The notes: generated by a model from the sequence alone, not told the origin. 41,104 bases of DNA from Ardenticatenales bacterium (GCA_039931375.1 JBDTSC010000002.1:1-41104), one strand, 5' to 3'; positions 27,035 to 35,928 are shown, counted from the stretch's first letter. A program made the numbers and translations.

Positions 27035-27063
27035 TTGCGTCTCAACGCGCCGTTGCCTACAAT
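27035..27063 (+). promoter_or_regulatory. Candidate sigma-70-type promoter for dnaN-recF
   Basis: TTGCGT (27035-27040), a 17-nt spacer, then TACAAT (27058-27063), about 90 nt upstream of the dnaN ATG. Motif match only. Confidence 0.4.
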
Positions 27064-27154
27064 CGGCGCCCCGGCCACGCGGGCCACTCTTGCTTCGACC
27101 GAGCGGTTGCCTGCAATCGCTGGTCGTGGCGCGACCCGGATCTGGAGCCAAGTC

Positions 27155-28291
27155 ATGAAGGTCATGTGCGCGCAGGACAGCTTGGCCCGTGGGCTGGGGA
27201 TCGTGAGCCGTGCCGTGGCCACGCGCAGCACGTTGCCGATCCTGTCCAACATCCTGATGCAGACGGAAGACGGTCGTCTCAAGCTGTCGGCGACGAACCT
27301 CGAGATCGGCATTCGCTGTTGGGTGAAGGCCGACATTGCGGATGCCGGCGCGGTCACCGTTCCGGCCCGTTTGCTCGGCGAGTTCGTGAACCAACTGCCG
27401 GCGGGCACCGTGACGCTCGATCTCAACGGCCGCAATCAGACATTGCGGGTCTTGGCCGATCGGCACAAGGCGGACATCAAGGGCATCGACGCCGCCGACT
27501 TTCCTCTCCTGCCGACGGTCGACGAGGGCACACGCTTCTCGTTGAACGCACGGATGTTCAAGGACATGATCCAGCAGGTCGTGATCGCCGCCGCGACGGA
27601 CGATGCGCGGCCGGTGTTGACCGGTGTTCTCATGGTCGCCGACCCCGATGCCGGGCGGCTGACGCTGGCCGCATCGGACGGCTTTCGGTTGAGCGTGCGG
27701 GAGAGCGAGCTCGATGCGCCGATCGAGGGGCGCCTCAGCTTGATCGTGCCGGCGCGCGCGCTGGCCGAACTGCAGCGAGTGAGCATGGACGACGACGATA
27801 CGATCGACGTCGCCGTGCCCTCGGCGCGCAACCAGATCCTGTTCCAGATGAAGGACGTGGACATCGTTTCGCAGCTGATCGAGGGCAACCCGCCCGATTA
27901 CGAGAAGATCATTCCCACGGCGGCCGCCACACGCGCCGTGATCAACACGAAGGCGTTCCTCGGCGCCGCGCGCATCGCCAGCTCGTTCGCGCGGGATGCG
28001 GCGAACGTCGTGCGCATAAAGTTGACGCCCGGCAGCGAGCTCGGCGGCACCGTCACGATCACGGCGCAATCCGCGGACATCGGCGGCAACGAGAGCGAGA
28101 TCGAGGCGGCGGTGGACGGCGAGGCGATGGAGGTCGCGTTCAACGCGCGCTACCTGCTCGATGTCCTCGGCGTCGTGGGCAGCGACCAGATCGCCTTGGA
28201 GGTCGCGAGCCCGTCCAGCCCGGGCGTGTTCCGTCCGGCGGACAATACCCCGTTCACCCACATCATCATGCCGATGCACATCGCGCGGTAG
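27155..28291 (+). CDS. dnaN: DNA polymerase III beta sliding clamp
   Basis: ATG at 27155 within ORF 26936..28291. The N-terminus reads LARGLGIVSRAVATRSTLPILSNILMQTEDGRLKLSATNLEIGI and the C-terminus reads PGVFRPADNTPFTHIIMPMHI. Confidence 0.92.
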   Translation: MKVMCAQDSLARGLGIVSRAVATRSTLPILSNILMQTEDGRLKLSATNLEIGIRCWVKADIADAGAVTVPARLLGEFVNQLPAGTVTLDLNGRNQTLRVLADRHKADIKGIDAADFPLLPTVDEGTRFSLNARMFKDMIQQVVIAAATDDARPVLTGVLMVADPDAGRLTLAASDGFRLSVRESELDAPIEGRLSLIVPARALAELQRVSMDDDDTIDVAVPSARNQILFQMKDVDIVSQLIEGNPPDYEKIIPTAAATRAVINTKAFLGAARIASSFARDAANVVRIKLTPGSELGGTVTITAQSADIGGNESEIEAAVDGEAMEVAFNARYLLDVLGVVGSDQIALEVASPSSPGVFRPADNTPFTHIIMPMHIAR

Positions 28292-28318
28292 GCGAGGCCC
28301 GTCCCGGGTACGGCCACC

Positions 28319-29545
28319 GTGTACGTGCGACGCCTCGAGCTCGTTCACTTTCGCTGCTATCGACACCTTGATCTGGCGCTCCCGCCGGGGCCGGTGATCC
28401 TGTACGGGGCGAACGCGCAGGGCAAGACGACGTTGCTCGAGGCGGCGTTCGTCCTGGCTACGACGCGCGCGCCGTACGGTGTCGCGGATCGCCTCTTGGT
28501 CCATTGGAGCGCGAGCGACGAGGTGATCCCGTACAGCAAGGTTCGCGGCGAGATCGAGCGCGCCGCCGGCATGACGACGATCGACGTCCTGAACGTCCAG
28601 TCCGCCGCGGCCCGCGGCGATGAGCGGTACACCAAACGCCTCCGCGTCGACGATGCCCCGCGGCGCGCGATGGACGTCATCGGGACGCTCAACGTCGTGC
28701 TGTTCACCCCGCGCGACATCGACCTGATCCATGGGGCGCCGGCCGAACGGCGGCGCTATCTCGATGTCCTGCTCTGCCAGATCGATCCGGCGTACGTCCG
28801 AGCGCTCGGGCACTACAACCACGTCGTGGTCCAACGGAACCATCTGTTGCGGCGGCTGCGCGATCGAGGCGGCGACCGCCGCGAGCTGGCCGTATGGGAC
28901 GAAGCGCTCGTCGCGCACGGCACCGTGATCCTGACCCGACGCATCCGAGCGGTGCGCGAGCTGTCGGTCCTGGCGCAGCCGCTGCACGCGGAGTTGGTGG
29001 GCGACGACGCTCGTCTGTCGCTCACGTACATCTCGCGGGTCATCGGTGACTTGGACCACTCCGGCGATGTCGCGCCCGTGGACGCCGCATCGTCCCGAGC
29101 GCCGGGCGCGGATGAGCCTGCGACGGCGGAACGCTTCGCGCGGCGGATCGCGGCGCGGCGGGAGGAGGAGATCGCGCGGGGCGTTTCCCTCCTCGGTCCA
29201 CACCGCGATGACCTCCAGCTCCGCGTCGGCGACGTCGACATTCGCACGTTCGGTTCGCGCGGACAGCAGCGGACGGTGACGCTCGCGCTGAAGCTGGCGG
29301 AGGCCGAGTTCATGTGGCGCACGACCGGCGAGCGGCCCGTGTTGCTGTTGGACGATGTCCTATCCGAGCTCGATCGCAACCGCCGTCAGCGCCTGTTGGC
29401 CCACGTCGCGGCGCACGAGCAGTCGTGGATCACGACGACAGATCTCGATGCGATCGACATCACGGCCCTCGGCCATCCGCACGTCTTCGAGGTCGCGCAG
29501 GCCACGCTCACGCCGCGAACGGCCGGCGGTCCGGCGGCCGGCTGA
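28319..29545 (+). CDS. recF: DNA replication and repair protein RecF
   Basis: N-terminus LELVHFRCY, Walker A GANAQGKTTLLEA, signature FGSRGQQRTVTLALKLAE, and Walker B VLLLDDVLSELD. The start codon is GTG. Confidence 0.9.
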   Translation: MYVRRLELVHFRCYRHLDLALPPGPVILYGANAQGKTTLLEAAFVLATTRAPYGVADRLLVHWSASDEVIPYSKVRGEIERAAGMTTIDVLNVQSAAARGDERYTKRLRVDDAPRRAMDVIGTLNVVLFTPRDIDLIHGAPAERRRYLDVLLCQIDPAYVRALGHYNHVVVQRNHLLRRLRDRGGDRRELAVWDEALVAHGTVILTRRIRAVRELSVLAQPLHAELVGDDARLSLTYISRVIGDLDHSGDVAPVDAASSRAPGADEPATAERFARRIAARREEEIARGVSLLGPHRDDLQLRVGDVDIRTFGSRGQQRTVTLALKLAEAEFMWRTTGERPVLLLDDVLSELDRNRRQRLLAHVAAHEQSWITTTDLDAIDITALGHPHVFEVAQATLTPRTAGGPAAG

Positions 29546-29607
29546 ACCGCCCATCGGCGGCGGCCAGCATTCCGACCCGGCCGGCCGGCCGTGTACAATC
29601 CCGCCCG

Positions 29608-30786
29608 ATGAACACACGCCCCGCCCAGACCGTATTGGCGCACGACTGGCTCAATCAGGCCGGCGGCGCCGAGGTCGTCCTGGGCGTGCTGCACGGGATG
29701 ATGCCGACGGCGCCGATCTACACGACGCTGGTCGATCCGGTCGCGGTGCCCGCCGCGGCCGCGTGGGACGTTCACCCGTCGTGGCTGGATCGCTGGCCGA
29801 TGCTCCGCCGCCGGCCGCAGGCGTTGCTGCCGATCTATCCGATCGTGTGGTCGCGGACACGCGTCCCGGCGGATACGGCGCTGGTCGTGTCGAACAAGAG
29901 CGCCTTCTGCCACGGCATCGACGCCGGCAGAGCGGTGCACGTCTGCTACTGCCTCACCCCGACGCGCTTCGTGTGGCAGCTGGACGAGTACCTGCGGCAC
30001 GAGCGGATCCCCCCCGGCGGACGCCTGGCGGTCCGCGCCCTGCTGCCGCTGCTGCGCCGCTGGGATCACGCCGCCGCCCAGCGGGTGGATGAGTTCGTGG
30101 CGATCTCGTCCGTCGTCGCCGAGCGCATCGAACGGTTCTACGGTCGTGAGAGCACGATCGTGTTCCCGCCGGTCGACGTCGATGCGTACGCGGCGCGCAA
30201 CGAGAAACCGACAGGGCCCGATGGCGGTGGGCCGACCGAGCCGTATGACCTTGTCGTGGCGCGGCTCGTGCCGTACAAGCAGATCGATCTGGCCGTCGAA
30301 GCCTTCAACCGCCTGGGCCGCCGGCTCGTCGTCGTCGGCGACGGCCGCGACCGGCGCCGACTGGAGGCGATGGCGGGGCCGACGATCACCTTCACCGGCC
30401 GCCTGCCGGACGGCGACGTGCGGCGCCTTCTGGCCGGTTGCCGGGCCTTGATCTGGCCGGGCATCGAAGACTACGGCCTCGTGCCCGTCGAGGCGATGGC
30501 CTCCGGGCGCCCGGTGATCGCGCGCCGCGCCGGCGGCGTGTTGGACACCGTCGTAGAGGGCACAACCGGCCTGTTCTTCGACCGCCCGTCCGTCGATGAC
30601 CTCGCCGACGCGATCGTCGCCGCGGATCGCCTCGAGTGGCAGCCGGCCGCCATCCGCGGTCATGCGCGGCGGTTCGATCGTGCGACGTTCGAGGCGCGGC
30701 TGAACGCGCGTCTCGACCTGGCCCTATCGCGCGGCAAGCGGACGCTCGCTCCGGCCATCCGCCGACCCGTGCGGGATGGCGTCTAA
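29608..30786 (+). CDS. GT4-family glycosyltransferase
   Basis: ATG at 29608 within ORF 29314..30786. The sequence includes VLAHDWLNQAGGAEVV, VPYKQIDLAVEAFNRLGRRLVVVGDG, and the E-x7-E region EDYGLVPVEAMASGRPVI. Confidence 0.85.
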   Translation: MNTRPAQTVLAHDWLNQAGGAEVVLGVLHGMMPTAPIYTTLVDPVAVPAAAAWDVHPSWLDRWPMLRRRPQALLPIYPIVWSRTRVPADTALVVSNKSAFCHGIDAGRAVHVCYCLTPTRFVWQLDEYLRHERIPPGGRLAVRALLPLLRRWDHAAAQRVDEFVAISSVVAERIERFYGRESTIVFPPVDVDAYAARNEKPTGPDGGGPTEPYDLVVARLVPYKQIDLAVEAFNRLGRRLVVVGDGRDRRRLEAMAGPTITFTGRLPDGDVRRLLAGCRALIWPGIEDYGLVPVEAMASGRPVIARRAGGVLDTVVEGTTGLFFDRPSVDDLADAIVAADRLEWQPAAIRGHARRFDRATFEARLNARLDLALSRGKRTLAPAIRRPVRDGV

Positions 30787-31543
30787 GATGTGGCCCGACT
30801 CCTCGCCGGCGGCGATCCTGGCTGGCCTGCGCCGGCGCGCCTGGCTGATCCTCGCCTTGCCCGCCCTGACCGCGCTGCTGACCATTGCCCGTCCTCCCCA
30901 AAGCGCCGCCACCATCGAGGCACGGCTGACCGTGGCCGTCGACGTCCAACCGGACGCCAACGCCGCGGACGGGTCGAACGGCACGGCAGCCGAGGTCGGC
31001 GAAGCGCTGGTGGACGATCTGAGCCGCGTTCTGCCCGGCGACGCGTTCGCCGCGGCCGTGTCGGCACGGCTGCCGGCTGCGCTGGCCGTTCGTCCAGGCG
31101 AGATCCAGGGCAGCGTCTCCGCCGAGGACCGCCACCGGGTGACGGACGTCACCGTGCGCCGGACGCTTCCCGCGGGCGCGCGGGCGGACGCGACCGCCGA
31201 GCGAGATGTCGCGGCGATCGCGGCGGCGGTGGCGGCGGAGCTGGCGGAGAACGGCGGCCGCTGGTCGAGTCGGCTGGGCGCGGAGGGCGCAGTCTTCAGC
31301 ATCGTCGACGGGCCACACGTCGCGATTGGGCCCCGCCCGCTCGCGGAGCGGCTGGCGCTGCCGCTGCGGGTGCTGGTCGCGCTGCTGGTCGCGTTGGCCT
31401 TGGCGGCGGCGCTCCATGCGTCGGACGATCGCGTCCGCACCGCCGGAGACGCGTCCGCCGCCACGCGGTCCCCCTTGCTGGCGACGGTGCCGCGGCGCAA
31501 AGGGGCCGCTCCACGCTCGACGAAGGACAGGATGCGCCGATGA
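30776..31543 (+). CDS. Two-TM membrane protein, tentatively a Wzz/polysaccharide co-polymerase-like protein
   Basis: An N-terminal TM (AWLILALPALTALLTIA), a roughly 170-aa soluble segment, and a C-terminal TM (LRVLVALLVALALAAAL). It sits in a polysaccharide operon. An alternative ATG exists at 30788. The function call is weak. Confidence 0.45.
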   Translation: MASKMWPDSSPAAILAGLRRRAWLILALPALTALLTIARPPQSAATIEARLTVAVDVQPDANAADGSNGTAAEVGEALVDDLSRVLPGDAFAAAVSARLPAALAVRPGEIQGSVSAEDRHRVTDVTVRRTLPAGARADATAERDVAAIAAAVAAELAENGGRWSSRLGAEGAVFSIVDGPHVAIGPRPLAERLALPLRVLVALLVALALAAALHASDDRVRTAGDASAATRSPLLATVPRRKGAAPRSTKDRMRR

Positions 31544-32511
31544 AGCTGATCGTCCAGATCCCATGCCTCAACGAGGAGGCGACGCTGCCGGCGACGATCC
31601 ACGACATCCCGCGGACGATCCCGGGCATCGACCGCGTGGAGATCCTGGTGATCGACGACGGATCGACGGACCGGACCGTCGAGGTCGCTCGGGCGCTCGG
31701 GGTCGAGCACATCGTTCGCTTTCCCCGCAACCGCGGGCTCGGCTACGCCTTCCGCGCCGGGTTCGACGAGGCGCTGCGCTGCGGCGCCGACATCATCGTC
31801 AACACGGACGGCGACAACCAGTACTTCGGCGGCGACATCCCGGCGCTAGTCCAGCCGATTCTGGACGGCCGGGCTGAGCTCGTGATCGGCGATCGGCAGA
31901 CCGCGGCGATCGCGCACTTCTCGCCCGTGAAACGGACACTGCAGGGGTTCGGCAGCCGCGTTATCAGTCGCTTGGCCGGGATCGACGTGCCGGACGTCGC
32001 GAGCGGCTTTCGCGCGTACAGCCGGCGGGCGGCGCTGCAGCTGTCGCTGGCCACGAGCTTCGACCACACCGCCGAACACGTCGTCCAGGCCGGACAGAGC
32101 CGGTTGGCGGTCGTCGTCGTCCCGATTCGAACGAACCCCAAGGCACGCGAATCGCGCTTGTTCGCGAACATCGGCGAGTTTGCGTGGAAGAGCGGCTCGA
32201 TCGCCTTGCGCACGTACGCGACCTACAAGGCGCTCAAGATCTTCACGTTGTTCGGGACGGTGACGTTCGGCATCGGCACGCTGCTCGGGCTTCGGTTCGT
32301 GTACTACTACCTCTTCACGAACCAGGGCGACCTGCACGTGCAATCCGTCGTCCTCGCCGCGATCCTGCTGCTGGCGGGCTTTCAGATGTTTCTTACAGGA
32401 ATCGTAGCGGATCTTATAGCTACTAACCGCGCCATCGTGGAGGACACAGCGGCACGGGTGCGGACGATCGAGCTCGATGGGCGTGCTACAATGCCGCCCG
32501 ACCAAGGCTGA
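31540..32511 (+). CDS. GT2-family polyprenyl-phosphate glycosyltransferase (GtrB/ArnC/DPM1-like)
   Basis: The ATG at 31540 overlaps the upstream stop (ATGA). Motifs IVQIPCLNEE, ILVIDDGSTDRT and NTDGDNQY, plus two C-terminal TM helices. Confidence 0.85.
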   Translation: MKLIVQIPCLNEEATLPATIHDIPRTIPGIDRVEILVIDDGSTDRTVEVARALGVEHIVRFPRNRGLGYAFRAGFDEALRCGADIIVNTDGDNQYFGGDIPALVQPILDGRAELVIGDRQTAAIAHFSPVKRTLQGFGSRVISRLAGIDVPDVASGFRAYSRRAALQLSLATSFDHTAEHVVQAGQSRLAVVVVPIRTNPKARESRLFANIGEFAWKSGSIALRTYATYKALKIFTLFGTVTFGIGTLLGLRFVYYYLFTNQGDLHVQSVVLAAILLLAGFQMFLTGIVADLIATNRAIVEDTAARVRTIELDGRATMPPDQG

Positions 32512-32569
32512 ACCGCGTGCGGGTTTCCCGACCATCGCCCGACGTGGGTGAGTGACGATGGGCATCTGA

Positions 32570-33967
32570 ATGGATCTGGATGCGTTCGTTCGGATGATCC
32601 TTCGCCGCGGCTGGCTCGCGTTGGCGCTGGCGATCATCGGGCTCGTGGCCGGCCTCGCGGTCGGGTTCGTCCAGTCGCCCGTGTACGAGGCGACGACGCG
32701 CATCGCCCTTGCGCCGGCCCGCCCCGCCGATCTCGGCCAGAACCAAGCGGTTCGCGAGATCATGCCGAGCTACATCGAAGACCTCAAGACGCACGACATG
32801 GCCGACGAGGCCGCGACCCAGCTGGGCGAGGCCTTTCTGACGACGCACCACCTGACGCCGGACGATCTCTTCAACATGATCCGCATCGACGCGGACGCCA
32901 ACGTGTTCGAGATCCACGTCAAGGCCCGCAACGCGGATCCTGACGTCGCCGGTCAGGTCAGCGAGAAGTGGGCGATCGCCTTCACGCAGCGCCGCACGAA
33001 GACGAACGAGCGGCTCGACCTGCGCGAGCGGATCTACGCCACGCTTCGGGACCGCACGGAGCTGGCGCAGGCCGCGCCTCGGCGAAAGCTGCTGCTGGGT
33101 GTCGGCGCCGTGCTCGGCGGTCTGCTCGGCAGCGGGCTGATCCTGTTGTGGGAGTTCCTCTCCCGCGCCGTCATCCTGGCGGCCGAAGACGCACAGCTCG
33201 TCGTCGGCGCGCCGGCGGTCGGCGTCATCCCGGGCGGGGCGCGGCGGCGCGCGTCCGGCTTGGCGGCGGGCGTGGCGGACGCGTGGACGGCCGTGCGCGC
33301 GGGCGCCGGACAACTGTGGCCCGTCGCGCTCCTGGCCGCGGTCGGCCTGGCGACGGGCCTGGCGCTGACGGCGGCCCAACCGACGGTGTGGCGCGCCCGC
33401 ACCAAGATCGCGATCGAGCCCGCGCTCGGCACGGACTGGGGCCGCACCCAGGCGATTCCGGAGTTCATGAAGAACCTGGCCGAGGATCTTCGAACGTGGC
33501 GCATGGCCGAGACGATCAACGCCGATCTCGGCCTGGACCTATCGCCCGAGCGGCTGTTGGACAAGGTGACGGTCGCCCCGAAGGAGAGCGTGTTCGAGGT
33601 CCATCTCGACGTTCTCGACCCCGACCGCGACACCGCGATCCAGATCAGCCGTGCCTGGGCGGAGCGGTTCGTCGAGACGCGCAACCAGGCGAACCTGAAC
33701 CTCGACCAGCAGGATCGGGTCCTTGTTCGGCTGCGCGATCGAACCCTGCCGGAGCGCTATTCGCCCAAGCCGTTGGCCAACACGTCCGCCGGCGTCGTCA
33801 TCGGCGCTCTGATCGGCGCGCTGCTGGTCGCGCTGCGGGCGCTCGGGCGCGCCGGCTCGATCCAGGATGGCCGAGAGGCGGGCCGGTCCGCCGCGGCGCC
33901 GCTGCTCGGCGTCATCCCGCGGCGACGAAGACGACCTTCGCTCGAGCGCACAGGAGTTCCACGATGA
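32570..33967 (+). CDS. Tandem-duplicated CapA/CpsC-type (PCP2b) polysaccharide co-polymerase / BY-kinase modulator
   Basis: There are two homologous TM-loop-TM modules. Module 1 runs SPVYEATTRIALAP ... VFEIHVKARNADPD ... LRDRT ... VGVIPG. Module 2 runs PTVWRARTKIAIEP ... VFEVHLDVLDPDRD ... LRDRT ... LLGVIPR. Confidence 0.7.
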   Translation: MDLDAFVRMILRRGWLALALAIIGLVAGLAVGFVQSPVYEATTRIALAPARPADLGQNQAVREIMPSYIEDLKTHDMADEAATQLGEAFLTTHHLTPDDLFNMIRIDADANVFEIHVKARNADPDVAGQVSEKWAIAFTQRRTKTNERLDLRERIYATLRDRTELAQAAPRRKLLLGVGAVLGGLLGSGLILLWEFLSRAVILAAEDAQLVVGAPAVGVIPGGARRRASGLAAGVADAWTAVRAGAGQLWPVALLAAVGLATGLALTAAQPTVWRARTKIAIEPALGTDWGRTQAIPEFMKNLAEDLRTWRMAETINADLGLDLSPERLLDKVTVAPKESVFEVHLDVLDPDRDTAIQISRAWAERFVETRNQANLNLDQQDRVLVRLRDRTLPERYSPKPLANTSAGVVIGALIGALLVALRALGRAGSIQDGREAGRSAAAPLLGVIPRRRRRPSLERTGVPR

Positions 33968-34611
33968 CCGATCTCGTCACGTTGACCGATCCGCGGTCAC
34001 CGGCCGCCGAGGCCTATCGATCGCTCCGCACGAACCTGTCGCTCAACGTGCCGGGCGAGTCACCCCGATCGATCCTCGTCGTCGCGCCGTCGCCGGCGGA
34101 GGATCGCGCCGTCGTGGCGGCGAACCTGGCGGTGGCATCGGCCCACGCCGGGCACGCGGTCATCCTGGTCGACGCCGACCTGCACCGGCCGTCCCAACAC
34201 ACGCTGTTCGATCTCGACAACGGCGCCGGTCTGGCCGACTACCTCGCCGCGACCGACAGCGGCGACCCGACCCTTCAGGATACGTCCGTGCCCGGACTGC
34301 GCGTGCTCACGGCGGGGGCGCCGCCCGCGAACCCGGCGGCGCTGCTGGACGGACCGCGGACCGCCGGTCTGTTGGCGCGACTGTCGACCCTGGCCGGCCT
34401 GGTCATCGTCGACGCGCCGCCGCTGCTGGCCGTGTCGGACGCCGCCGTATTGGCGCCGTTGTTGGACGGCGTGCTGCTCGTCGTCGCGGCGGGCCGCACC
34501 CGGCGCGAAGCGGCGCGCGCGGCGCGTGAAGCGCTCGATCGCGTCGGGGCGAACGTCCTCGGCGTCGTTCTGACCGAGGCCGACGCGGCCGCCACCGAGT
34601 ATCGTTACTGA
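33964..34611 (+). CDS. BY-kinase (CpsD/CapB) family protein with a degenerate Walker A motif, likely a pseudokinase
   Basis: ATGA overlap with the upstream gene. Motifs PAAEAYRSLRTNL, Walker A' VILVDADLHRP and Walker B LVIVDAPPL are present. The P-loop position reads PSPAEDRAVV instead of xxGxGKS/T. The C-terminus is EYRY. Confidence 0.75.
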   Translation: MTDLVTLTDPRSPAAEAYRSLRTNLSLNVPGESPRSILVVAPSPAEDRAVVAANLAVASAHAGHAVILVDADLHRPSQHTLFDLDNGAGLADYLAATDSGDPTLQDTSVPGLRVLTAGAPPANPAALLDGPRTAGLLARLSTLAGLVIVDAPPLLAVSDAAVLAPLLDGVLLVVAAGRTRREAARAAREALDRVGANVLGVVLTEADAAATEYRY

Positions 34612-34624
34612 TAGCGGAGGGCTT

Positions 34625-35692
34625 GTGAAGGGCTTGATCCTGTCCGGCGGCAAAGGCACGCGGCTCTACCCGTTGACCTACACCCGCGCCAAACAACTCA
34701 TCCCGGTCGCCAACAAACCCGTGCTGTTCCGCGTGATCGAAGCGATTCGCGACGCGGGCGTCACGGAGATCGGCATCGTGATCGGCGACACCGGTCCCGA
34801 GATCCGCGAGGCCGTCGGCGACGGCGGTCGATGGGGCGTGCGGATCACGTACATCCCGCAGGACGCCCCACTTGGACTGGCCCACGCGGTGAAGATCAGC
34901 CGGCCGTTCCTCGGCGACGACCGGTTCGTGATGTTCCTGGGGGACAACGTCATCCAAGGCGGCGTTTCGAGCCTCATCGAACAGTTCGCGAGCTCCGAGT
35001 GGAACGCGCAGGTCGTGTTGACGGCGGTGCCCGAACCACAGCACTACGGCGTGGCGGAGCTCGAGCCGGACGGCCGCATCCGGCGCCTGGTCGAAAAGCC
35101 GAGCGATCCGCAGAGCGACCTCGCGCTCGTCGGAATCTACATGTTCGATCCGAACGTCCACGCCGCGTGCGACGCGATCGAACCGAGCTGGCGCGGCGAG
35201 CTCGAGATCACGGACGCGATCCAGTGGCTGGTCGATCAGGGGTTGGCCGTCCATCCGTACGTCCACACCGGCTGGTGGATCGACACGGGCAAGCCGATCG
35301 ACATGCTGGACGCGAACGACCACGTGCTCGAGGAGCTGATCCATACGAACGAGGGGACGATCGACGCCGACAGCGTGGTCGATGGCCGCGTCACCGTCGA
35401 GGCGGGGGCGACGATCCGGAACTCGGTCGTGCGGGGGCCGGCGATCATCGGCCGGAACAGCCACATCGTCAACAGCTACATCGGCCCTTTCACGTCGATC
35501 TACCACGACGTCACGGTCGAGGACGCGGAGATCGAGCACTCGATCGTGCTCGAGCACTCCGAGATCCGTGGCATCGCCGGCCGGATCGCGGACAGCCTGA
35601 TCGGCCGCAACGCCCGCCTTGCAAGGGCGACGATGAAGCCGGTGGCCCACAAACTCACCCTCGGGGACTACAGCGACATCGGCTTGCTCTGA
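34625..35692 (+). CDS. rmlA: Glucose-1-phosphate thymidylyltransferase, long form (nucleotidyltransferase plus LbH C-domain)
   Basis: The start codon is GTG. Motifs KGLILSGGKGTRLYPLTYTRAKQLIPVANKP and GLAHAV, plus a C-terminal hexapeptide-repeat region. The length of 355 aa fits the long form. Confidence 0.85.
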   Translation: MKGLILSGGKGTRLYPLTYTRAKQLIPVANKPVLFRVIEAIRDAGVTEIGIVIGDTGPEIREAVGDGGRWGVRITYIPQDAPLGLAHAVKISRPFLGDDRFVMFLGDNVIQGGVSSLIEQFASSEWNAQVVLTAVPEPQHYGVAELEPDGRIRRLVEKPSDPQSDLALVGIYMFDPNVHAACDAIEPSWRGELEITDAIQWLVDQGLAVHPYVHTGWWIDTGKPIDMLDANDHVLEELIHTNEGTIDADSVVDGRVTVEAGATIRNSVVRGPAIIGRNSHIVNSYIGPFTSIYHDVTVEDAEIEHSIVLEHSEIRGIAGRIADSLIGRNARLARATMKPVAHKLTLGDYSDIGLL

Positions 35693-35755
35693 CGCCCCAA
35701 GGGCTCGCCGCACGCCGATGATGCGACGCCGACCACGACGCGACCACGGGCGAAG

Positions 35756-35783
35756 TTGACCCACGGGCCGTTCTCCGTTTAAT
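35756..35783 (+). promoter_or_regulatory. Candidate promoter for rmlB
   Basis: TTGACC (35756-35761), a 16-nt spacer, then TTTAAT (35778-35783), in the 236-bp rmlA-rmlB gap. Motif match only. Confidence 0.3.
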
Positions 35784-35841
35784 CACCCCTCCGGCGCGCT
35801 CGGCCAGCCGGCGGTTTCAGGTACGGCCGATGCGGACAGCT

Positions 35842-35886
35842 TGGTTTCAGGCAGTGTGGTTTCAGGCAGCGTGGTTTTAGACAGCG
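35842..35886 (+). repeat. Three tandem 15-nt repeats (TGGTTTCAGGCAGTG / TGGTTTCAGGCAGCG / TGGTTTTAGACAGCG), plus a degenerate copy at 35812-35826
   Basis: Read directly from the sequence. The repeats lie between the candidate promoter and the rmlB ATG at 35929. Confidence 0.8.
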
Positions 35887-35928
35887 CGGCGACCGGAATT
35901 GGACCGGGCCGACGTATTGTGGGGATCG

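Noticed and set aside
27010-27154. Possible oriC between the par operon and dnaN.
   Set aside because: I found a parS site and a plausible promoter, but no cluster of TTATCCACA-like DnaA boxes and no AT-rich unwinding element. Isolated partial matches (for example TGTCCACA inside murA near 19996) are consistent with chance.
35842-35886. The short tandem repeats here and at 14059, 16821, 16997 and 40727 considered as CRISPR arrays.
   Set aside because: The units are 15-18 nt and directly abutting with no spacers, there are at most four copies, most are in-frame inside genes, and no cas genes are present.
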